Shown: positions 22,822 to 37,255 of the stretch, piece after piece
Layout of the letters: each line of letters opens with the position of its first letter
Position numbering within the stretch: position 1 is the first letter of the stretch
Source of the DNA: Nemertoderma westbladi
Taxonomy: Eukaryota; Animalia; Xenacoelomorpha
Assembly (NCBI GenBank): GCA_032718475.1
Contig: JAUCBJ010006694.1
Location: 1 to 64,000 of the forward strand
DNA: 64,000 bases
Direction of reading: 5' to 3'
Notes under the pieces: model-generated
What the model saw: the letters and a program-made list of their open reading frames with translations, nothing else
Told to the model about the DNA's origin: nothing
Database searches by the model: none
Made by a program: the position numbers and the translations under genes

Positions 22822-23811
22822 GTCATAGTAGTTACCACGGGAACTAAAGGAATCAACGGTGAATATCTCTCGGCCGCCGGACTGGCGGTGCACGACTGCC
22901 ACGCCGAGGTCCTCGCCCGTCGCTGTTTCCAACGGTTCCTCTACACCGAGCTCCATAAAGGCGTCGCCTCCACTGTCCTCGAACCCACCCCGGTGGGCTT
23001 CCATCTCCGCCGAGGTATCCGTTTCCATCTCTATATATCGTCTGCGCCGTGCGGCGACTCCCGGATATTCTCCCCCCACGAGACCGAGAGCCCTGTCGAC
23101 GGCCACAAACACCGTAGCAACCGGGGCCTACTGCGCAGCAAAATAGAGGCGGGGGAGGGAACGATACCTTGCCAGACGAGAGTTACACAGACATTCGATG
23201 GGGTCATGTCTGGAGAGCGACTACTCACTATGAGTTGCTCCGATAAAGTCGCTCGTTGGAATGTCCTAGGCGTCCAGGGCTCCTTACTATCAGTCTACCT
23301 ACCGCCTGTCTACTACTCAACTATAATCGTCGGGAGTTTGTACAACTTCGATCATTTCTCTCGCGCCTCTTTCGGTCGTATTTCCGAGTTATCCTCTCGC
23401 CTACAATCGCCTTACCGAGTCGCTAATCCAGACCTCATCAAGGTGACCTCGACGTCCAGACGTCTCGCCTCTAAGTCGCCGGGACACGCGGTATTCTGGT
23501 CGTTGGACTTCCCCCTACCGGAAGTGGTTATGTGTAACACGGGGTTGGGGATTCCAACTTCCGCCGGGAAGACGGTTTCATCGCTCAGTAAGAGTTGCGC
23601 TCTCCAACGGTTCCTGGATCTGTACGCAACGCCGGCTGTTCCCCGTGTCCCGTTGCCGCAGTTCATCCCGCAGACCTACGGCGCAATGAAACTCATTTGT
23701 TCCGACTATCAGGATGCCAAGAAGACCTTCCGTGATGAGTTTGCGTCAGCGGGGTTGGGCTACTGGGTTAGTAAACCCTCAGAAGTCGATGAGTTTGGTA
23801 TCCAGGAATAA
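22822..23811 (+). CDS. ADAR: ADAR2-type deaminase, coding exon 2 (catalytic domain); spliced protein about 700 aa
   Basis: Acceptor TTTTTCCTTCATAG|GTC, in frame. [58 protein letters not shown] at 23859. Confidence 0.93.
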   Translation, partial: VIVVTTGTKGINGEYLSAAGLAVHDCHAEVLARRCFQRFLYTELHKGVASTVLEPTPVGFHLRRGIRFHLYISSAPCGDSRIFSPHETESPVDGHKHRSNRGLLRSKIEAGEGTIPCQTRVTQTFDGVMSGERLLTMSCSDKVARWNVLGVQGSLLSVYLPPVYYSTIIVGSLYNFDHFSRASFGRISELSSRLQSPYRVANPDLIKVTSTSRRLASKSPGHAVFWSLDFPLPEVVMCNTGLGIPTSAGKTVSSLSKSCALQRFLDLYATPAVPRVPLPQFIPQTYGAMKLICSDYQDAKKTFRDEFASAGLGYWVSKPSEVDEFGIQE

Positions 23812-24508
23812 AAACACTCCCACATTTAGTTACTGCTCTAATACTGATCGCTAATACTAATAAACTTTACTTTATTTTTTATTTCAAACTAATTATTATT
23901 AAACTGTTCTCTTTTATTTCCATGTATCCTGCATACAATAATACAGTTAGCAGTTGATGCAACTGGCCCATTGCAACGTATTGATGTTATTTTAGCACTT
24001 TTTTTGTAAATTAAATATATGTTCATTGTGCAGTGTATCAGTTACCTAACCTTTTAGTACAACTCTTGGTTGACAACATCCGAAATCATTCCATGGTAAG
24101 GACCTGTACATACGTACCAAGTTTGGTTTAATTTCATCAAGAATGACCGAGTTATTACATATCACATTACATATCACATATTTACGACGGCGACAGACAA
24201 CTCGTTAATGGTACCCCTATGCTAAGGCTTCGCTCACTTCGTGGCTCGCCTCACAAATTGTATTAACTCTGACACTTTATTATCTTATATGAGTATAAAC
24301 AATTATTTATTGAACAACTGTCTCATAGTTCGAGTATGAACAGAACATCAATCTCTCATTGTTCCAATACGAACATCAATCTCATTGTTCATGGTTTCTT
24401 TAGAACAGATAAAATGTCGCTATAGTTAATTTCTACAGGTTGAACATAAAACCAATTCCCAAAATGCCAATGTGAAATACGCTGTCATTGAATGGGAGCA
24501 AGGATGTT

Positions 24509-24662
24509 TTACGTTACGTTACGGTATTACGTTACGTTACGGTTGAAAAACTGAACTTTTTACGTTACGATATTACATTACGGAATAATTTCCAAATTAC
24601 GTTACGTTACTGAATTCCGAAAAAAATAATTGCGTATTAATCTCGTAAGTTACTCGTAAGTA
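24509..24662. repeat. Degenerate (TTACG)n repeats
   Basis: Repeated TTACGTTACG units. Confidence 0.7.
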
Positions 24663-24947
24663 ATATTTTTCGTGTGAAAAAATGTCATTCAGAGATAATT
24701 ACCTTCAAAGTTCAAACCTTGTCGCCCAAAATTGCCTTTATGAGGTCTGGTTGGTTAATAGTGTCTGACATGAAAGAAGCACACCACCGAACTAAAATTA
24801 TATTTATAGGGGTTTTCGGAGTCGCTGATTTAATTTCCGATGTCAGTTTTAATACTTGGTGGAATCTAGTCTGTCTGTCAGTATAATATTTATTTTTCTG
24901 TTTGTGGGTGTCACATTCGTCCGTTTTACTGTGTTGTATTATTTGTA

Positions 24948-27260
24948 ATATTATTTCTCAATCTGGGGTTTTACCTATAGGTCTAAGCGATCATTTTATA
25001 GTTTTTTGCACAAGAAAGACACAAAAATCTTTTTTCGGGGATCATAAAACAGTAACAGTTAGGTCTATGAAAAATTACAGCAAGGAACGCTTTTTAAGTT
25101 TGTTAGTTAATTCTGACTGGGAACCCTGTTTTAAGGCCGCTGACATTAACCTTGCGTACACTGTTTTTAAAGATATATTTCTAAAGGCACTTAATACTAT
25201 AGCACCAATTAAATAAATTAGTCTTAAACAACGCACTGAGCCCTGGATGACCTCGGGTATTCTTAGTAATATCAGAGAAAGAGATAACTATTTGTATAAA
25301 TTTAGGAAATACCTTGTTTTAGCTGATTATAATAATTACTGCAAATATAGAAACCTTGTCCAACGGGAAATAAAAAAATCTAAATCTGAATATTTGTACA
25401 ACAAAATAAGTGAGAATAAAGATAATCCAAAAAGTCTATGGTCTACCCTAAAATCTTTAGGTTATAAAAACCTTAAATCTAAATCGAATATTGTTCTGCA
25501 AGATAACGGTGAGCTGATTCATGATCATACTCTAGTTAGTAATTTATTTAATAATTATTTTACTAATGTTGCCTCTAATTTAGTTAAGAAGTTACCGTTA
25601 TCATGTAATAAATATAGTATAGGGTCCGAAACTCTAAATAATTTTTATTTAGAAAAGTTACAAAATTTAGAAAAGTTATTTTTAAAACCCGTTTCTGAGG
25701 ATTTCGTTTTTCAAAATCTACTTAGCCTATCAGCCTCAAAAAGTACCGGTCTAGACCTTACCTGCCCGTTTTCTTAAGGATGGTGCTGAAGTACTTAAAG
25801 TGCCTATTACTTTTATTATTAATTACTCTATCGTAGATAATGTAGTACCAGACAAACTGAAATTAGCTAAGGTTGTTCCTCTGTATAAAAAGAATAGTAA
25901 AGTAGAACCCTGTAATTACAGACCTGTTAGTATCTTAAGTATTGTATCTAAAATTCTAGAACGTTCTGTTTTTTCTACAGCTGGAAGCACATCTCTAATA
26001 GGCTAAATCTGATCTATGAACTTCAGTCCGGTTTTCGTAAATCATATTCTACAGACACCTGCCTTATTAACTTAACTGATACAATTAGATGTAATAACGC
26101 AAAGGGCTTATATACTGGTATGGTAATGTTGGACCTACAAAAGGCTTTCGATACTGTAGATCACGAAATTCTGCTTGGTAAGTTAGGCCTGATGGGTGTA
26201 GGTTCTATAGACTGGTTCAAGTCCTACCTGTCAGACAGAGGTCAAACTGTAGTCATTAGCAAATCACAGTCTACTGTACAAGAGATTACCTGTGGTGTAC
26301 CGCAAGGTAGTATATTAGGTCCTCTGCTTTTTGTATTCTATGTAAATGATATGATAAGTAGTATAGATCCCGATTTTAAACTCATTTTATATGCCGACGA
26401 CAGTGCTCTTATTTTCTCTCATAAAAATCCTATCCATATTTCCCAAAAGTTAAGTGCAGTTCTAGAATCCTGTAATGAGTGGTTGGTTGATAATAAGCTA
26501 TACATTCACTACGGTAAGACTGAAAGTATTTTGTTTGGTTCCAAAAGAAAGTTAAAGAAGGTAACTAAGTTTGAAGTCACTAGTAATGGACATAAGATTG
26601 AAAATAAAAAGGAAGTTAAATATTTAGGCGCCACATTGGATAACTGCTTATCAGGAGAAAGTACAGTGAAAAATATTTTCTCGAAAAACATTAGGCTTAG
26701 GTTTCTATACAGAAATAAAAATAGTTTAAACACCGACTCCCGCAAGTTACTTTGCCCTTCTTTAATACAGTGTCACATGGACTATGCATGCTCTTCTTGG
26801 TATGAAGGCTTAACCAAACAGCTTAAATTAAAATTACAAGTAGCTCAGAATAAAGTAGTACGATTTATTAAAGACTACAAACCTAGACACCACCTAAGTC
26901 CAGATGACTTTTCTGAATCTGGACTACTTAACTTAGATAGTAGAGTTAAGCAGCTATACCTTAACCATGTGCATAAAGTGTATAATGGTAAATGTCCCAA
27001 TTACCTAAAATAAAAATTCAACAGAGTACGTGATACACACTCTTACAGTACCAGAGCTAGTGCTTCAAACTTCTACCTCCCGAATTGTAAATCCTTTGAA
27101 TCTCATACTTTCTTTTTTAACGGTATTAAAAATTGGAACGCTCTGCCTAATGAAATTAAAAACCGAAATAATCAACAAATTAAATCTGCAGTTAAATCTC
27201 ACCTCCGTGTGCAATGTAAAAATAGGTACAATAGTCCTACAGTAAGTTATTAGTTTATTA
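24948..27260 (+). mobile_element. 5'-truncated, disrupted CR1/L2-group LINE (end of APE endonuclease plus RT)
   Basis: [43 protein letters not shown], with stops and frameshifts. Near-identical to 62830-64000. Confidence 0.9.
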
Positions 27261-27984
27261 ACTAGAGAGCCAGCAAGCTGGCTGGAAGGAGCCCGGGGGG
27301 AAGAATCCTAGCCAATACTAAACTAAACAATTGTCTAAATGGTGTGATGATACATAGCTGACTTTGTGGCTTGCCCCACATAATAAAAAATGACTGCAAC
27401 TTGAACTGAATTGAACTGAACTTTGCTGCCACTAACAACCGAATATTTATAAGAAAATGCCCATGATTCACAACCAGATAAATAACAAGTTAGATTTACC
27501 AGTACAGGTACGGTTACCTTTCTTTTTGAAAACCATTAGATTTAACAATTAATAGAAGTCTAGGTCGCGGCGAAAAATAATAACGCAAATTAAACAACCA
27601 TACAATCGGCCTACACACTTTTTTATTATTCGAAATAAATTCGCTAACAGAAAATATCTAAACTAATTTATTTATTTACTAATTAATCTAAACGAGAAGG
27701 TGAACAATTGTTTCTACACAATTAATTATGACGACTTTTATGGGATATGTAATATTTACTGTTCAATAATAATTTACAATCTCCCATTCCAACACATTCC
27801 CAGAGAGTAATAATATCATCAATATAACAAACTAAGTGGATTATAATTCGATTTCTTCAGCCAAGTCCGATAGCTATTTTTCTGAAATTTATATTGCTAA
27901 TTTAATTATTTGGCATATTCTGTTTGTGGCGCAGACTATAATAATAATAACATTGTTGACATACAGTCTTTGAACCTTTCAGTC

Positions 27985-29242
27985 TGTAAAAGCTTCTGTG
28001 GGATATAACTGGCCCCTTTGCTTCGCAATCCAGTTTCCCCCCAGGCGCTGGAATACTCTAAAAGGGTTCTCTAACTGTATATATATTCCCCTCGCCCGCA
28101 AGGTACCGTTACAGGTGTTTTAACGGACATAAAAGTCATTCTGTTATATACGTGTTTTAGCGGACATGGTAAGGCAAAAAACCTGCAATGCACCAAATAC
28201 CTTTCACAGCTTAGCCGTGATGATTCACATTACGACATCTAACAGCTGGTTGCTGACATGGAAACAGCCATTGGACGCATGGTTCTTTGTTTGGCTTGAG
28301 CCAATCAGAGCGTTTTTTCCTGTCGACGTGTAGCTTTTCGGCCGATCATAAGGAGAGTGTTCAGTCTTACTGTTTTTTACTTGATACTTTGTTGTTATTG
28401 CTGTCTAAGCCAGAAACACCGGCTCTAGAGTTAATTCTTTTCATACTTTAAGAAGAAACATTAGTAGGCTTAAATTATAGAGCGTATGACTGTTATCAGT
28501 CAAATCCATTCACAATTCAATACTTTGTTGTTATTACTGTTCAACATACATTATTATACTGCTATTTACTGTTGTGTTTGGTTGAATATTATTTGGAGAA
28601 CATATATAAAGAACCCAAATTTCCCAATTTTCTTGATACACTACAGGTTAGAGAGACGGGTTATATATATAGCGATTGCGACTTATATTGTTGTGGTTTG
28701 TAGTGAATTTAATGCTATTTGATAAGCACTACATTGGTCCGTTGCTATTCCCTTTATATATGATAAAATACATTGACGGGCGGCAAATTAATGAGCAGTA
28801 TTGTGTGTTACCGGTAGTGTGCATGATTGTGACCGATAACTAAGCATTTCCTAAAGAATGCGCCTCATACGTGAATCTTAAGCCTTACCGACTTGCCGTT
28901 GTGATTAGTATAAGTCATATCTCTGTTTACTTAGATAGAGCGCCACGTCCTAAAGGAACTGTTAATATTTCCCGAAAGTAAATAATATTAGTCAGAAATT
29001 AATTATTAACGATCAATCGAATAATACAATACCGTAAGCTTCACTGCAATAATAATCTAAGCCGACAGAATCCAGCCTCCCGGGATTATCCAGCGGGTGA
29101 ATGGACGCGCACTAGGCTGGCTTCTGCTAATGTTGTGTTTATTGGTATTAAATATTTGTCATCTTCTAAAGTATATTTATAAATCAAAAGACATATAAAT
29201 TTTGGCAGGTTAAACTGCTAAAGGTCTTCAAAAGCGCGTACA
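27985..29242 (+). repeat. 5' LTR of B1
   Basis: TGTAAAAGC...GCGTACA; direct repeat of 38613-39870. Confidence 0.95.
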
Positions 29243-29253
29243 ATAACAGTCAT
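29243..29253 (+). other. Atypical primer-binding site ATAACAGTCAT, complementary to LTR 28486-28496
   Basis: Immediately follows the LTR-terminal CA. Exact reverse complement of ATGACTGTTAT. No TGG. Confidence 0.8.
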
Positions 29254-31413
29254 TGACTTTATTGCAGTAAGCAATAAAGTTGAAAGTACCGGTCAAAACC
29301 GGTACTTCTGTAGGTCTGTAGGCAGGTAGGCCCAACTGTCCTAACCGGTACTTCCAGTATAAGTACATTAGTATTATTTCGATTGTGATCTATAGTATAT
29401 TGTAGGCTACCAGAGGAATAGGGATTGATCACCCCTCATTCTTTTGTATAGTTTACTTATTTCTGTCAGTTTTATTTCCTAGTAAGTTAATATTGAGCTG
29501 AAGACGTGTAAGTCTGCTCAGATTGTTCAGATAATTGTAGGCCAGACTGTTGTCGGATTGTTGTTGAGTTTGGAGAGATTACGGCGTGTGTAGAGTTTGT
29601 CTGATAGAGTGCCGTTAGTAAGTTGGGGCAGCCATATGCTGCAAGGTCAATCCCCTCTTAAAGAATAAGTCGTACTACCGTGTTAGAACGCATACTAACT
29701 AACTATTTCAGAATCTGCATATACTGTAGTTTATTTAGGCTTGATCGTAGTCTGCCAACGTTTTGGCCTGTGTTTGTTTGTGTGGTCTGTTCAGGTACCG
29801 TAATAGTTATTGCTCAGATATTTTGTAGGCTGGATTGTTGTCTAGCTATTATTAGGTCTGAAGAGATTGCTGCTTGTGTAGAGTTGTCTGATAAAGTGCC
29901 AGTTAGTAAGTTGGGGTAGTCATAACTGTAAGGTCAATCCCCTCTTAAAGAATAAGTCGTACTACCGTGTTAGAACGCATACTAACTAACCGTTTTGGAA
30001 TCTGCACATACAGTAGTTTATTTAGGCTTGGTGGTAGTCTGCCAGCGTTTTGGTTTGTATTTGTTTGAGTATTCTGTACGGGTAGCGTAATATTTATTAT
30101 TCAGAGTTTATGCGATTATTCGCAACATTCATGTCCCCAAGTTTATTCCTACAGTAATTGTGCTTGTTATACATACCGTTATAGTTAAACTAACCCCGGT
30201 ACTACATCAGGGCTGCTCGGCGTAGGTAAAGACTGGAGATTTTGTGCTTCGGTCACTCCAGCAGATGCCGTGGTTCTTTTAACCATAGTATATTTAACTA
30301 CTGATTATTTGTTATACCGGTACTTGTACCTAATTTAGGGTTTAGTGTACAGTGCTTTCCGAAGTAATTAGTGTAGGCAGTATATTTGTGTTGTAAAGTG
30401 GTTGATAGGCACATTCGTTAGCTCTATTAGCTTCTGGGTAGGAACAATCCGTGATACATAACGTAGTACCTATAGCGATACGGTTATAGGTCGTCAGGCG
30501 GTGGTATTTTCCTATCTGGACAGTACAATATATTTACTACTACTTATTATTTCAAATACCGTAGTACCCTGTCCGTTGTAATAACCAGAATTCTAACCCT
30601 TTGTTAGGCTGGTTTGTAGACTTCCTGTAAAATTACCCTAAAAATTTCGTACGTAATATTTTGTTGTGTTTAATTAGAGAATTAATCTCACCCGTATCGT
30701 AAGTAATTTGTAGTATTAAGTAACTTAGGTAAATTAGAATTATCAGTTTTAGTGTCAAATAAATAGCACTTCACTGAGAGGCGTTCAGCTTCTGTGTAGT
30801 GACTCCCCCAGAAATAATAACATTTATTTCAAATATTGACAAAAAACCCATTTAAACGGGTATATATCTATTATAAATCAACTCAAACGATTTATAAATA
30901 GTAGGCCTGCCAGACAACAACTAGGTCTCAATATCAGTTGGACTGCTGCTTAAATAACGGTAATAAAGTAAGTTAAAGTAACCAAGTAACCCTAAAAATA
31001 TTCAGAAATTCAATTATTCTAAAATAATTGACATACCGGTATTTACCATAGGCTTATTATATTTATTTCTATAAATTTGAGCTGAAATCATACCGGTATT
31101 CTGTAATTAATTCTAGTAATAATTATACTTATATATACTATAAGTGTCAGCTGTATACCGGTATTCACGATAGGCCTATTATATATTTATATATTTGTGC
31201 TAAAATTATATACCGGTACTCTGTGACAAATCTAGTCTGTAATAGTACTTATATATATATTATAAGCATACCGGTATTTTAATATATTATATATATATCA
31301 CGCTACACTGAGTAGCAGTATCGGTAATTAATTATTAGGCTAACAGTGATACTGAATTACTAGACTTGCTTTAACTGTAATATAGCAGTGGGCATTCGAC
31401 TGTACAATCAAAC

Positions 31414-34400
31414 ATGGCTGACACAAGGCAAACTCTGTCAGATAGTCTTTTAGAAACAACAGCCTGTTTCTCAGATCAAAGTGTAGAGAATCCCAGACCG
31501 AGGTCTGAGACCCCTCCTACTGTAAGAAGGGCAACCCCTGCAGTAGTTGTGTCAGAACCTAGGTTGGTAGAAGCGATTTCGCAATTTGCGAAGTTAGTGA
31601 AGCGCCGTAGGTCTGCCATAGGCACTCGGGCCCAAGTTAAGCGGGATCAGGAAGCAGCTGTCAAACAGCAGCGACATCCTAGCCAAGAACCTAGTTCCCA
31701 GCAGCCCGATAGCTCCAGTAGTTCGGAGACTGTTGAGCGGACGCCCGAACGCGGAGCGAAGATGGCGGATACGGTTTATGATGAGCGGCCAACCTTTGAA
31801 GAATCAACCGACGCCACTTCTTCTCAAGTGGAAAGCGAAGTGGAAAGCGAAGTGGAAAGCCAAGTGGAAAGCGAAGTGGAAAGTGAAGTGGAAAGCGAAT
31901 TAACAGCAGCAGAGAAGCCACGAACTAGAGATGCCATTGACATCTATCTGTCAGACTATCAGCGATTCGTAGGAGACGAAGAGTTGAGGAGACGACTGTC
32001 TGGACTTCGCCCTAATAGTGAAGGAACCAAGCTTGTGTTAGACGCAATCGATGCGGAAATGTTAGCTGCAAACAAAGCTAAATTTGATGAACAACTCCGC
32101 ATCACTAGAGTCCAAGAAGAACAAGTAAGGGGAAAACTAATCGAAAGCAGAAAGACAGCAGCAGCGGCAGTGGCAGAAGCAGACAGAAAGGCGGCAGAAG
32201 CAATGGCAGAAGCAGACAGAAAGGCGGCAGAAGCAATAGCAGAAGCAGACAGAAAAGCGGCAGCGGCAGTGGAAGCAGCAAAAGCAGCAGCAGCAATGGC
32301 ATTGGCAGAAGCAGAACAGAGAGCGTCTGAAGAGACCACCCAAATGGAGTTGGAAAATCTTCAAGAGACGCAAGACAGCATAAATAAACAGTTAACTGCT
32401 AGTCAAATGCAGATGATGAGTCGATCTACTCCCAAACGCCAAGGATACACATCATCGGAGGAAGGCGAGACCACCGATCCTGAAGGCAGAGGAAATAGAT
32501 CTCGTCTCAGTAGGCGTAGAAAGACATCTCACCGTCATAAATTGCCCGATTTGCCCCCCGCTGTTAGAAGACAAATAGCTAGCACAGACTTAAGTAGTAC
32601 AGAACCCACAGACCAAATTATTACCGTAAATAGACTCCCTACTATAGTAGATGAGCCTGAAATAATTAGGCCTGTCGTTCCCAAAGTCACTTCTGTGTTA
32701 GAGACCCCTGTACTTCCAGAGCTTAACTCTAAATTCCCTTTACATAGTACTACACTGCCTGTACCCGGTGGAACAGTCCAAGAGAATATCCCTGTCCAGA
32801 TAGCAGAGAGAGAAATCAATAATTTGTCTCCCGTCGTCCCGCGTCAGCCCGCTACTATGTTGGCGACTCCCGCTTCGGCGGTTGAGTGGGTGGAAGAGGG
32901 ACGGCGGGGGATGAATCTCCTGCTAGGACAGATGCAGGAGACTGTCCACCAACTTAAGGGAACAGTGAGGGAAGGTAGAGCAGAGTTGCAAGAAGTGCAG
33001 CAAAGTATCGCGCTAGAACGCGATAAATTAGTCAATATCCAAAAGGGCATACCAATACCCCCTGTAACACCTGTAACCCTGTAACCCCCCTGTAACCCCC
33101 TGTTAGGTCTGAAGTATTACATGCGCAAGGTGTGGAGCCTACACGCATCTATACTGCTAGTGAAGTTGAAACTCCTATAGCAAACTCTATTAAGGGTGAT
33201 TATAGACCTGTTATTAATGATATTCCCTATAGACCTGATAATGATCCGAGAAATTTATATACCGATAATTCGATATTAAATAACACGATGGCCCAAGAAA
33301 GCTTTACGCGTCAGATGGCTAGAACAGAAGCCCGCCAAGCGGTCAAAGTGGGAGAGATCGTCAAATTCAATGGAGATGAGATGAAATGGTTACCTTTCAA
33401 CGAATATTACAAAGATAGCATACAGAACTCTGTACTATCTAACGGAGAGAAACTTAGATTCCTCATCAAGTGCTTGGAAGGACCTCCCAAGTTAATGGCG
33501 TTAAAGTTTATTGGACATCCAGATGGATTAAGACAAGTTTGGGATACATTAAACATCAGGTATGGTAACAAGGATAACATAGCTAAGTATTTGTATGCAA
33601 AATTAGTAGCCCCCCGACACTTCCTTAGTAGCGGGATTATAGAGTTTTCCGATGAGATTCAGGAAATCTGTAGACAATTGGACTGGTTAGGTAAGTCTCA
33701 TGAATATCAGAGTTCCATGGTTATTGGAGCCGTAGTCTCTACTTTACCAAAGGGTGGAGTATGTACGCGCTGGGACAAGAAAGTGTTGTACATGAATGAA
33801 CAACAACAACGAAGTCCTACCATGGCTGATCTCATGTCTTTCTTAGATAGTGAAGTAAAATTACAACTCATAAGGCAGTCCAGAGAGAAAACATCGGAAA
33901 ATAAGGTAAGTGAGAAACCCGTTTCTAGGAGAAGGATAATACCAGTGTGTTATACTGACGACGGCGAAAGCCAAGCTTCTCAAGAAGAGGACAGCGGGAA
34001 AGACACAGCAAATTCTTACTATGACAACAAGAACTATAAAGACGTAAGTAAACACAAGTCTCGAACCAGTGACAGGAGAGAACAGGTAACAACAACTCCT
34101 CCTACGTCTCCTAAGAGAATTCACGGAAGAAAGCCCGAAGAAAGAACGAGAGTGCAGAACGTTAACCAAGTTAAGGTGAGTAACATCAAACCAAAATGTG
34201 CGCTGTGCGACGGGCCCCACCGTTTGAGTGCGTGTGCAGAATTCCTAAAGAAATCCATGGCAGATAGACGTGGAGTCCTGTGGGATAAGCGGTTATGTTA
34301 TAACTGTCTCAGACGCGGACACCAGCGGCGAACCTGTTACTCTGACGCAAGGTGTGCTAAGTGCGGCGCGAAACATCATAGCTTGTTGCACACGGAATTC

Positions 34401-35627
34401 GAACGAAACAGCCCGAGTCAGGTAAGTGAGCCCAAATCACATGTCCAATTCAGTGATGTGAACGACACTGACCAAAGTTCTGAGTGGGAAGGATTCTATA
34501 CGGACGAATTCTCCGATGCCAACGAATCCTGTTATCTAATAAATACCGCAGTGTATCGAGCACTTACTTACGAAAAGGACATCAACGATGAGTTTCCCCC
34601 AACTACTTTCGCCAAACAACCATCTTGGAAAGCTCCAGCTTCCAACGTAGGAATCAGAGAATTTCCTGTAGTTCAAGTAAGAGTTCACGGTCTTAACAAA
34701 AGCTACATAGTGAACGCCCTCCTTGACTCCGGCAGCACAGGAACATTCATCGATCAAGAACTAGCCGAAGATATCTTTGCTGGACAACCCAAGTTCCGGA
34801 CTAAATTGAATATGTCAGGAATTATGCAGGTTTGGAAATCTACCCTAACGGTAGATTACTATGTAGGTGTGTTGTCCACCCCCCAGGATAAGTTAGGAAC
34901 ACAAGGTATAAGGTCAGTAAAAATGGTGGCCATAAAGAACTTTGCTACTACTCAAGCAGAACCTTATAACTGGGACGAGGACGAGTGCATCCAACATCTT
35001 GAGATACCTCGATTCCAAACCGATTATCCTGGAGTGCAAATCCTCATCGGCCAAAACGCGCATGAGGCGCTCGAGACATTGGAGAAACGGCCTGCTCAAC
35101 CGCAGCCATTACAAACTTATGCGGTAAGAACTAGAGTAGGTTGGTACTTCACTGGCCCTTCCCGTAGAACTCTCAAAGAGAGATTACCTCAACAACAGGT
35201 ATACCAAGTAAAGGGGGAAGTGGAGAGCAGTGATGTGGACGATCCAACTGAGGGAACACCATACTCCTCAGATAATGACGATATTAACTCCAATGTAGAT
35301 CAATGGAGACATTGCCTTGGGACGATTAATCCAGCCGACATCGATTCCAGAGGAGCAACTCCTCAAGAACTGATAGATACTCCAGGCTGGTTAGGTGGAT
35401 CCGACTCCTTAAGTAAGGAAGAAGAAGAATGGCCTCCTCATCTTACCACGGCAGAAATTAGACAGGCCAAGGGAGCGGAGAAAGTAACACAACAACTCAA
35501 TCGCCCAGCTAGTCGTTTATGTTTACTGGAAAGAGACCGAAAACTGTCCGGAAACTATGGAAGGCAAGATACTCTTCCTACGACTACTTCCCTAATCCGA
35601 CAAATATCTAGGGACTCCATAACGTGA
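31414..35627 (+). pseudogene. gag-protease remnant of B1
   Basis: Deletion in gag, (VESE)n expansion at about 31828-31898, frameshift in CCTGTAAC repeats at about 33060-33105, and two large pol deletions (about 35290 and 35485). Confidence 0.9.
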
Positions 35628-37255
35628 TAGCATGTGGAGTGGGCGTGTGACTATATCATTTTATATTTGTTTTTATTTTATATTTATGTATGTATTATTA
35701 TGTAATTTTATTATAATCGTTTTCTTTAATTTTATTTAGTAGAATGTTATTTTAGAGATTATTTAGTAGATTAGTGCAATATATTAGTGTTTATTACGTA
35801 TGTAATTACTTATAATATATATTTAGTGCGACGGCGAGAAATAATTATTTTTCTCTTTCCTTACTGTCCGTATCATATTATAAATACGTGACTACAGTAA
35901 GATGAAATGTCCGTACTTATTAAAGTACAATAAAGCCGCTACTATATTTAAGTATTATTGGTAGGCAGAGTATTAGGAATGCAAAGTTCAGATCCTCGTG
36001 TCTCGGCTAAACCAAGCTCTGTGTAGACCTTGGAAACGACTTGCCTCTTCACACTGACATTGCTTCGTGCGATATTGCTCTTCTACCTTATAACAAATAA
36101 TACATATAGTAGCGTGATGTCCCTCTAACAGTAGCGTAGATCGCAAATAAATCTGTTAAACCTTTTGACCATCTGTAATTCTAGTCGATTAAGATATCGC
36201 GGCACCCACCGATATACTTGAAAGACAAATTCTAGAATCAGTGGTTAACGTCCCCAGACAAGTTCTGGAATAAATCGGTGCCCATCTTAAATATTAATTT
36301 AATATTTATTAAAATCTGTAAAATTCAGATCCTTTAAAATTTCTAGTCAATTAAGATATCGCAGCACTTACCGATACTCTTAAAAGACAATTTTATAGAA
36401 TTAAGGATCCTAAGTCCCCAGACATGCTCTGGAATAAAAATTGTGTCAAATTTAACATCAAATAATAAAATTCACGGGAATAAATTTAAATTCATATTTT
36501 AAATTAATTTCATAAATTGTCATTTTGTGCAATTTATAACATTCTCAAAATTCCATTAATTAATAGATCATGGGAGCGGAGATTCATCCTATTGAGTGTA
36601 TTAGAGTGCGAGAATCTCCAACATATAGTCAATAGCCGATAAAATTAATAAAATCATGTATAAAGAGGATATTGACAATTAAAGAATTACTATTAAATAG
36701 CATTCCAGATCTGTATGCATGAGAATTACCCTAATTCTACCGCTAGCATTCCATAATGTCACCATAGCAACACCCACGCTAGAATTAGAAGCAAGTTAAG
36801 AAAACAATAGAAAGCTTGTCACATTGCATAGCATAGAGAATATAGCACACTGTTAGTATCCAAGGATACACAGTAATAACGTGACATTCTGGAAGGCACT
36901 GACTAACGGACAAATGGCCTGTATGTGTACAATTGGTGACAGTTGTGTGGAATTTGTGCGTTTATAGGTGAATGTTACTGCTAAGGTGTGTTTACAGTAG
37001 CTAGTCGCAATTGTGAAAGTAACCCAACTCTCCTATAGAAAGAACCTAAAGTGGATTCAAGCCTTTGGGACGGACAGTGGAGTGACTTGTGCCGGTTATC
37101 GTTGTCGTACTGTTGCTACATGTTGGCGTAAACACCGCGACAACGGTACATCGGCGCTGAGGATCCCACTGTCCGGGGGCAAAGAGAGGTAGGCAGCGAC
37201 GTCCGCTCGCCTAAACATAAACTCATTTCGATATTAACAAACTCAGATAGCAGAT

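Noticed and set aside
24060-24260. Possible non-autonomous Helitron/Helentron fragment (also about 24790-24885)
   Set aside because: Suggestive motifs (ACCAAGTTTGG, GACAGAC) but termini could not be defined.
28486-28722. 78-aa ORF in the LTR (also 39114-39350)
   Set aside because: Not conserved in copy A (no ATG) and frameshifted in B3; repeated only because it lies in the LTR.
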